A stretch of 64,000 nucleotides of DNA from Candidatus Latescibacterota bacterium (GTDB lineage Bacteria; Latescibacterota; UBA2968; UBA8231), in contig OZ244561.1 of NCBI GenBank assembly GCA_965217585.1, positions 5,472,001 to 5,536,000 on the forward strand. Direction: 5' to 3'. The notes below the pieces were generated by a model. The model worked only from the letters and a program-made list of their open reading frames with translations, was not told where the DNA came from and did not search any database. A program made the position numbers and the translations under genes. Each line of letters opens with the position of its first letter. Position 1 is the first letter of the stretch. This document shows, in pieces, positions 58,580-64,000 of the stretch.

Positions 58580-59461
58580 TTACTCGCCGCCTTCGCGCTG
58601 ATAGAGTGCGATGGCAATCTGGGTGCCGGGAAAGTGGACCGAAGCGTGTTCCCAGTGCCGCCGACCGCGAATATAGACCCGAGTATCCCCCGAGCGGATG
58701 TGCAACGAGCCGTTGTAGCGATTGCAGATTTGATTGACGATATACAGCCCTAGGCCGCGGGTTGCGTCGCGGGAAAAGTGCTTCTGTAACGAGTTGAGTA
58801 TGGCCGTACCGTGCGACCAATCCGCCGCGTCGTAGCGCACCGATAGGCTCTTCTTGATACCGATTCCGAGGTCCCCCACCCCGATGACCACGTATTTTTT
58901 GCCCACCCGCGAGTCCAAGTAGCGCTGGGCCGTGAGGTAGCCCCAATTCTCGCTGTGGTCGAGAATGTTGTGGCACAGCTCGGCGACGACATTCTTGAAC
59001 TGGTTGATCTCCACCTCGGTGTAGCGCAATTCCTCGGCCAGAATCGCCTCTACGCGCTGGCCGATTTTGCCCAACACGGTCTCGATATCCACCCGCTCCT
59101 CAATCCGCGTGATTTCCAACAGGGCCTCGCTCTCTTCCTTTTCCCGCTCCTGATCCACGATGAGCGTCGGCCCGGCTAGCTCGACCCCATCCACGGCCGC
59201 GGCGAACCGCACTCGTCCCAGATAGGTGCGCAATGCAAAGGCGCGGGGCAAGTGGAAGACGACCCGCGACGAGAGCGCGTCCCCGTAGCGCGCCATCAAG
59301 CACAAGGCCACCAAGCCGTAGGGGTCAATAAAGTGCAGGGGACGCAAATCGACCTCCAAGGGCTGCCCAGGCACGGCTCCGTGCGCGTAGTCGAGAAACT
59401 CTACGAGGAATTCGTCGGCCGTGCGCGGCGTCAGCTTGTCTGTTGGCAGGGCTAGGATCAC
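58580..59461 (-). CDS. STAS-like + GHKL anti-sigma-type kinase (CapK-like)
   Basis: VDLRPLHFIDPYGLVAL..YLGRVRF (STAS-like), ELCHNILDHS, DLGIGI, RGLGL, HIRSG, FPGTQI. No HisKA domain. Confidence 0.72.
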   Translation of the reverse strand: MILALPTDKLTPRTADEFLVEFLDYAHGAVPGQPLEVDLRPLHFIDPYGLVALCLMARYGDALSSRVVFHLPRAFALRTYLGRVRFAAAVDGVELAGPTLIVDQEREKEESEALLEITRIEERVDIETVLGKIGQRVEAILAEELRYTEVEINQFKNVVAELCHNILDHSENWGYLTAQRYLDSRVGKKYVVIGVGDLGIGIKKSLSVRYDAADWSHGTAILNSLQKHFSRDATRGLGLYIVNQICNRYNGSLHIRSGDTRVYIRGRRHWEHASVHFPGTQIAIALYQREGGE

Positions 59462-59552
59462 GGATAGCGTGCTCTCCTTGCTTTAGGAAACAAAAATATA
59501 CGCACTCGCTCGCACCTGCGCCCAGAGCACGTATCTAAACAACTTGTGGGTC

Positions 59553-60629
59553 TCACGTGGCCACAGCTCTGGCTACTTCATCCTCTACGATCTGAGGATC
59601 AGGCCATCCATGCCAGCGTATTCTGCCAGTCCGGTCAACCAAGAAAGCATACGGAATCTCATTGACTCCATAAGCGTCCTCGCTTGAAGTATTTGTGCCG
59701 ACGGGATAGCGGACGGCATGCTCCTCAATGACCTTCTCCATAAATGGCTTTCTCTCAAGCACCAAGCTAACTACTTGGAATCCGTCTTTGCGGTGCGCCT
59801 CGTGCATCTGGTTGAGATGCGTGATACCCACCAAACAAGGACCGCACCAAGTAGCCCAAAAGTCCAACAGCACAACCTGCCCACGTAGGGACTCCCAGTT
59901 CAGGCAACCATCGACATTGATCCAATCCTCGGCAATAATCTCGGGAGCCATCGCACCGATTTGCGGCTTCTGCATCGGCTTTGGTTTTGGTGCCTCCGAC
60001 CGATCATCCGGGATGTCGTGCGGATTGATCTCATGGCCAGAGAGCAGCCGGTAATCGTGGTAGTAGGTGAGTGGAATGGAGTGCGAGTAGTATATTTCGT
60101 CTTCTGGTTCGTATCCAACTGAGTTCACTCGTTGCACAGGATTAGGCGAAAAGCCCCAATAACAAAGCCCTACCCGATCTCCGGGGAACCTAGAGATTTC
60201 GGACAAAGGAATGAGGTAACTATCGACGCGCACCGGCTGGCTATCGCGGATTTCTACGTAGCGGATACACCCTCGTCCCTTGGAGTCTTCCTCGAGACCA
60301 GTGGTAATATTCTCCTCCAAAAAAATTGTGTAGTATAGCCCGGGAAGATGCGGCCAAGGATTGAGGTAATAGCTCCGATCCAGACCAAAGGACCGTTTGC
60401 CGTTAGTCGCTGCGATCACCAAATCAGACTTGTTGCCAATGTCTCTGTTATCCTCTGTCTTCCCAAGGGTGTGCTCTGACACCTGCCATAGGATTGCTTG
60501 CACAAAGAGGTATTCGCGATTGTTCCAAACGGACAGCCGCAGGGAATCATTATCGCACAGTACGCTGGCCTGATCCTGTGGAAATCCGCACACCCCATTG
60601 GTTTCGAGATCGGCTAGGGCAAACGACAT
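59553..60629 (-). CDS. TlpA-family thiol-disulfide oxidoreductase with unrecognised N-terminal domain
   Basis: LRGQVVLLDFWATWCGPC, IP..FLVDRTGRIRW. Lower GC than its neighbours. Confidence 0.8.
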   Translation of the reverse strand: MSFALADLETNGVCGFPQDQASVLCDNDSLRLSVWNNREYLFVQAILWQVSEHTLGKTEDNRDIGNKSDLVIAATNGKRSFGLDRSYYLNPWPHLPGLYYTIFLEENITTGLEEDSKGRGCIRYVEIRDSQPVRVDSYLIPLSEISRFPGDRVGLCYWGFSPNPVQRVNSVGYEPEDEIYYSHSIPLTYYHDYRLLSGHEINPHDIPDDRSEAPKPKPMQKPQIGAMAPEIIAEDWINVDGCLNWESLRGQVVLLDFWATWCGPCLVGITHLNQMHEAHRKDGFQVVSLVLERKPFMEKVIEEHAVRYPVGTNTSSEDAYGVNEIPYAFLVDRTGRIRWHGWPDPQIVEDEVARAVAT

Positions 60630-60756
60630 GATGTTTCCTCCTAAGAATTGGGTTAACTACAGGAGACGCCTAAAATACGACTGCCGCCGCTCTAAAGCTA
60701 ATCCTGGCCTAGGAGGTTTGGCCTTCCCACTTGTCGTCTCCACCCCTCTGCGCTTC

Positions 60757-60791
60757 TTGACAAAGATACATCGCTAAGCTAGCATCTTTGT
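60757..60791 (+). promoter_or_regulatory. sigma70-type promoter overlapped by an inverted repeat
   Basis: TTGACA-17bp-TAGCAT, with ACAAAGAT-N16-ATCTTTGT (60760-60791). Confidence 0.6.
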
Positions 60792-60805
60792 ACATACCCA
60801 ACGCC

Positions 60806-61474
60806 ATGTTAGCTGCCCGCATCTTCAAGACGGTGCTCGCGCCCGCCCTCGTCTTACTCCCCTCCCCGAATCCAAACGTTGTGCGCGATACGGCCCGCGA
60901 CATCGACAGCTTGCAACGCGCCGAGTGCGAATACCGGGGCATTGTGGCCCGCTTCGACGAACTCACTCGCGCCTATATCCTGCAAGCGTACGAAGACGGC
61001 CAATTGCTCCGCTGGCAGGCCCAGCCCAGCCCCTATAACCCCGAGACCGAGACTTTGGTCACCGCGGTCTTTACCGCAGCCGGCCCCAAGGCATCCGCTC
61101 CGGTGCCCGAATTGGCCCATCTTCGCGCCCAGAGTGGGACGGCGGGTGCCGGGGTCACTTGGCGTTACAGCAAGCTAGCGGCCGTGCGGATCGCGCCCCA
61201 CGGCGACTTGGCCCGCGACGCCATGGCCGTGTTTAGAGCCACGGTTGACGACTTTGTCGAGCGCATGGTGTATGCGCCCGCAGGCGGCGTGCTACGCACT
61301 GCCCCCGATCCCAACTCCCCAGTGCTAGCCCGCGTCGAGGCGGGCGCAGTCCTGCTCGTCGAGGAAGAGCGAGTGGGCTATTTGCGCGTGCGCCAGCCAC
61401 CAGCGTCTGAGGCCGGGTGGCTGGAGCGGGGGCAAGTGCGAGCGGTTGAGGAGGCCGATGGACGCGATCATTGA
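60806..61474 (+). CDS. Hypothetical protein with C-terminal SH3b-like domain
   Basis: [16 protein letters not shown]......GYLRV....GWL. Confidence 0.65.
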   Translation: MLAARIFKTVLAPALVLLPSPNPNVVRDTARDIDSLQRAECEYRGIVARFDELTRAYILQAYEDGQLLRWQAQPSPYNPETETLVTAVFTAAGPKASAPVPELAHLRAQSGTAGAGVTWRYSKLAAVRIAPHGDLARDAMAVFRATVDDFVERMVYAPAGGVLRTAPDPNSPVLARVEAGAVLLVEEERVGYLRVRQPPASEAGWLERGQVRAVEEADGRDH

Positions 61475-62156
61475 AATACGCAACCTGACCAAGACTTACG
61501 ACATGGGAGCGACTGCGGTCCACGCCCTAAGCGAGGTGGACCTCTGCGTGGCTACGGGCGAATACGTAGCTATCATGGGGCCGTCGGGATCGGGCAAAAG
61601 CACCTTGCTCAATATCCTCGGCTGCCTCGACGTGCCCACCTCGGGCAGCTATGCCCTCGGCAATGTCCGCGTCAGCGATATGGCAGATGACGACTTAGCG
61701 AGAATCCGCAATCAGGAGATCGGCTTCGTCTTCCAAACCTTTAACCTCCTACCCCGCGCCAACGCCTTGGGCAATGTCGAACTGCCGCTGATCTACAGCG
61801 GCCTGCCGGCGAGCCAACGCCGCGAGCGGGCTGCCCATGTCCTCGCGTCCGTAGGCTTGGCCGATCGCATCGACCACCGACCCAACGAGCTGTCCGGCGG
61901 CCAGAAGCAGCGCGTGTCCATTGCCCGCGCCCTCGTCAACGAGCCCTCCATCATCCTCGCCGACGAGCCGACCGGTGCCCTCGACTCCCGCACTGGCGAC
62001 GAGATCATGGACCTCTTCGACCAAGTACACGCTGCGGGCAATACCATCCTCCTGGTGACGCACGAAGAGCACCTCGCCCGCCGCAGCCACCGCATCGTCC
62101 GCTTCCTCGATGGCCGCATCGAAAGCGATCATCTGACCGAGGAGGCCGCCCAGTGA
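61458..62156 (+). CDS. MacB/LolD-type ABC ATP-binding protein
   Basis: [38 protein letters not shown]. Confidence 0.95.
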   Translation: MDAIIEIRNLTKTYDMGATAVHALSEVDLCVATGEYVAIMGPSGSGKSTLLNILGCLDVPTSGSYALGNVRVSDMADDDLARIRNQEIGFVFQTFNLLPRANALGNVELPLIYSGLPASQRRERAAHVLASVGLADRIDHRPNELSGGQKQRVSIARALVNEPSIILADEPTGALDSRTGDEIMDLFDQVHAAGNTILLVTHEEHLARRSHRIVRFLDGRIESDHLTEEAAQ

Positions 62157-63334
62157 GAGCGGTCTTTTGCGCCTTCGTGCTGTGCGCCTGTCAGGGCGCA
62201 CCGCCCGACCTGCCCACGGCCGAGGTCGTACGCGGTGATTTTGCAGTGACGCACTTTGAGGGAGGTGAGGTGCGAGCGGCCAGTGGTGAAGTCGTGGCGT
62301 CGCCGCGGATCGGCGGCCGACTCAAGATCGTCCACCTCTGGCCCGAAGGGGAGCACGTGGATGTCGGCGACTTGATCCTCCAGTTCGACCCAGCCGAGTT
62401 TGAACGGGAGATGCTCGACCGCGAAGGCCAGCTCGAACATGCCCACTCGGACTTCGCCAAGGCCAAAGCCGAGCGCGGGCAACGCTTGGCCGACATCAAG
62501 CGCAATATCCAGCAGCGGCAGGCCGAGCTCAAACTCGCCGCGCTCAACCGAGAACGCCAGGAATTCGCCTCGATCATCGACCAAGAGCAAGGGCGCATCA
62601 AGTTGCAAAAGGCCCGGCGCGCCGTGGCGGAAGCGCGGCAGGAATCCATAGCCCAGGAAGTGGTCAATCGCGTAGATTTTCGCAAGCACGAGCTGAACAT
62701 TGCCCGCAGGCAGGAGCGCTATGAAAGAGCGCGGCGCGACTACGAACGCACTAGCATCCGCGCCGAAAAGCCGGGGATCGTGGTCTATCGCAAAATCTGG
62801 AAACCCGGCACCGACGAGGATGGCAAAGTCGCGGTCGGGGACCAAGTCTGGGGCGGCCGGGCCTTGCTCGACATACCCGATTTGAACAAGATGCAAGTGC
62901 TCTGCCTGATCGGCGAAATGGACATCGAGCGCCTGCGCGTCGGCCAGCGGGCCTACATCCGGCTCGAAGCCTTTCCCGGCCCGGTCTTTAATGGGGTGGT
63001 GTCCGAACTGGCACCCATGGCCTCACCTCAGCCCGGTGCGCCCGATATCCACGTCTTCGAGCTAGTAATCGACATTGACGAGCAGGACGAGCGGCTCAAG
63101 CCCGGCATGTCGGCCGAGGTCGAAATCGTCCTAGAAACCATCCTCGAGGCCCTCTCGGTGCCGCTGAATGCCCTCTTCGAGCGTGAGGATGGCCTAGTCG
63201 CTTTCCGCCTCGCCAACGGAAAATTCGCGGAAGTGCCCGTAGTGATCGGGCACAAAAACGCCACCGCGGCGGTCCTCGCCTCTGGCTTGGCCGCAGGCGA
63301 TGTCGTCGCCCTGCAAGACCCCAATACGCGCTAA
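62153..63334 (+). CDS. Efflux periplasmic adaptor (MFP/MacA-like)
   Basis: [12 protein letters not shown], helical hairpin, [20 protein letters not shown]. Confidence 0.88.
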   Translation: MRAVFCAFVLCACQGAPPDLPTAEVVRGDFAVTHFEGGEVRAASGEVVASPRIGGRLKIVHLWPEGEHVDVGDLILQFDPAEFEREMLDREGQLEHAHSDFAKAKAERGQRLADIKRNIQQRQAELKLAALNRERQEFASIIDQEQGRIKLQKARRAVAEARQESIAQEVVNRVDFRKHELNIARRQERYERARRDYERTSIRAEKPGIVVYRKIWKPGTDEDGKVAVGDQVWGGRALLDIPDLNKMQVLCLIGEMDIERLRVGQRAYIRLEAFPGPVFNGVVSELAPMASPQPGAPDIHVFELVIDIDEQDERLKPGMSAEVEIVLETILEALSVPLNALFEREDGLVAFRLANGKFAEVPVVIGHKNATAAVLASGLAAGDVVALQDPNTR

Positions 63335-63349
63335 AGCGAAAGAGCTTTT

Positions 63350-64000
63350 ATGATACAGATCAAACGCCGATGGTGGATCCTCGCCCCGCTCTTAGTCCTC
63401 GTCCTAGGCGGGGCCTGGCTTGGTGAGCATCTGATAGACAACGAAGCCGAATCCTCCATCCCCACGTATCCAGTCCAGCAGGGCGAGTTCATCATCGCGC
63501 TCAAGCTCAAGGGCGGCGAGTTGGAAGCGGTAGAGGCCGAAAACGTCGTCGCGCCCCGCGTTAGAGGCCAGCTCAAAATCGTCGAGTTGTTTCCCGAAGG
63601 AGAGCAGGTCGCAGTGGGCGACTTATTGGTCCAATTTGAACAGACGGATTTTCAGAAGCGAGTCATGGACGCCGAGCAGCAGGTCGAGTCCTCCAAGGCC
63701 GACCTAGAGAAAACGCAAGCCACCCACAAGGCCGAAATCGCCAAGCTCGAAGCCGATATTGCCAACGAGGAGGCCAATTTGCGCTTGGCCGAGCTGCAGG
63801 TAGAGCGCATGGTCTTTGAGGCCACCGTGCAAAAGGAAGAAGCCGAAATTGAGGCCTACAAAGCCAAGCTGGGCCATCAGCAGGCCATCGAAAAGCTGGC
63901 CTCGCAAAAGATCGTCAACGGCGCTGAAGTCAAAAAGCGCCAACTCGAAATCGAGCGCAACGAACGCGAGCTGGCAAAGGCGCGCGACGATTTGGCAAGC
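63350..64000 (+). CDS. Second efflux periplasmic adaptor (partial, runs off window)
   Basis: Manual translation MIQIKRRWWILAPLLV...VAPRVRGQLKIVELFPEGEQVAVGDLLVQF, paralogous to the preceding gene. Confidence 0.85.
   Translation, partial: MIQIKRRWWILAPLLVLVLGGAWLGEHLIDNEAESSIPTYPVQQGEFIIALKLKGGELEAVEAENVVAPRVRGQLKIVELFPEGEQVAVGDLLVQFEQTDFQKRVMDAEQQVESSKADLEKTQATHKAEIAKLEADIANEEANLRLAELQVERMVFEATVQKEEAEIEAYKAKLGHQQAIEKLASQKIVNGAEVKKRQLEIERNERELAKARDDLAS

Overview
GC-rich bacterial chromosomal window: housekeeping and metabolic genes (fdhD, sulfatase, cca, PBP1A, lpdA, rnhA, Co-type nitrile hydratase) interleaved with accessory DNA. I saw no rRNA, tRNA or CRISPR array. The left end is IS debris (ISAs1-family and IS701-family elements truncating two genes). 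An ~11.6 kb island with no integrase (4063-15799) is bounded by a duplicated 3' end of fdhD. It carries a MADS/DndFGH-like restriction-effector trio (frameshifted NERD-kinase-ATPase; 601-aa unknown; 1655-aa nuclease-HerA ATPase) and a broken VapBC pair, with no methyltransferase. A second integrase-free region (35083-51800) is marked by three copies of the 3' end of a CBM9-like gene. It holds a sensor kinase/NtrC-type activator pair, three sigma-54 promoters with visible enhancer and IHF sites, five paralogous secreted proteins I cannot assign to a family, and an unusual ABC-2/NEW3/TolC exporter. A degenerate second copy of part of this locus follows. On the right, a STAS-GHKL kinase and a STAS-wHTH repressor (CapK/CapS-like) lie upstream of a NurA-HAS-HerA operon that ends in a BglII/BstYI-like R-M pair. 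An XPB-Bax1 pair is also present. All family assignments come from motif recognition by eye; no database searches were run.
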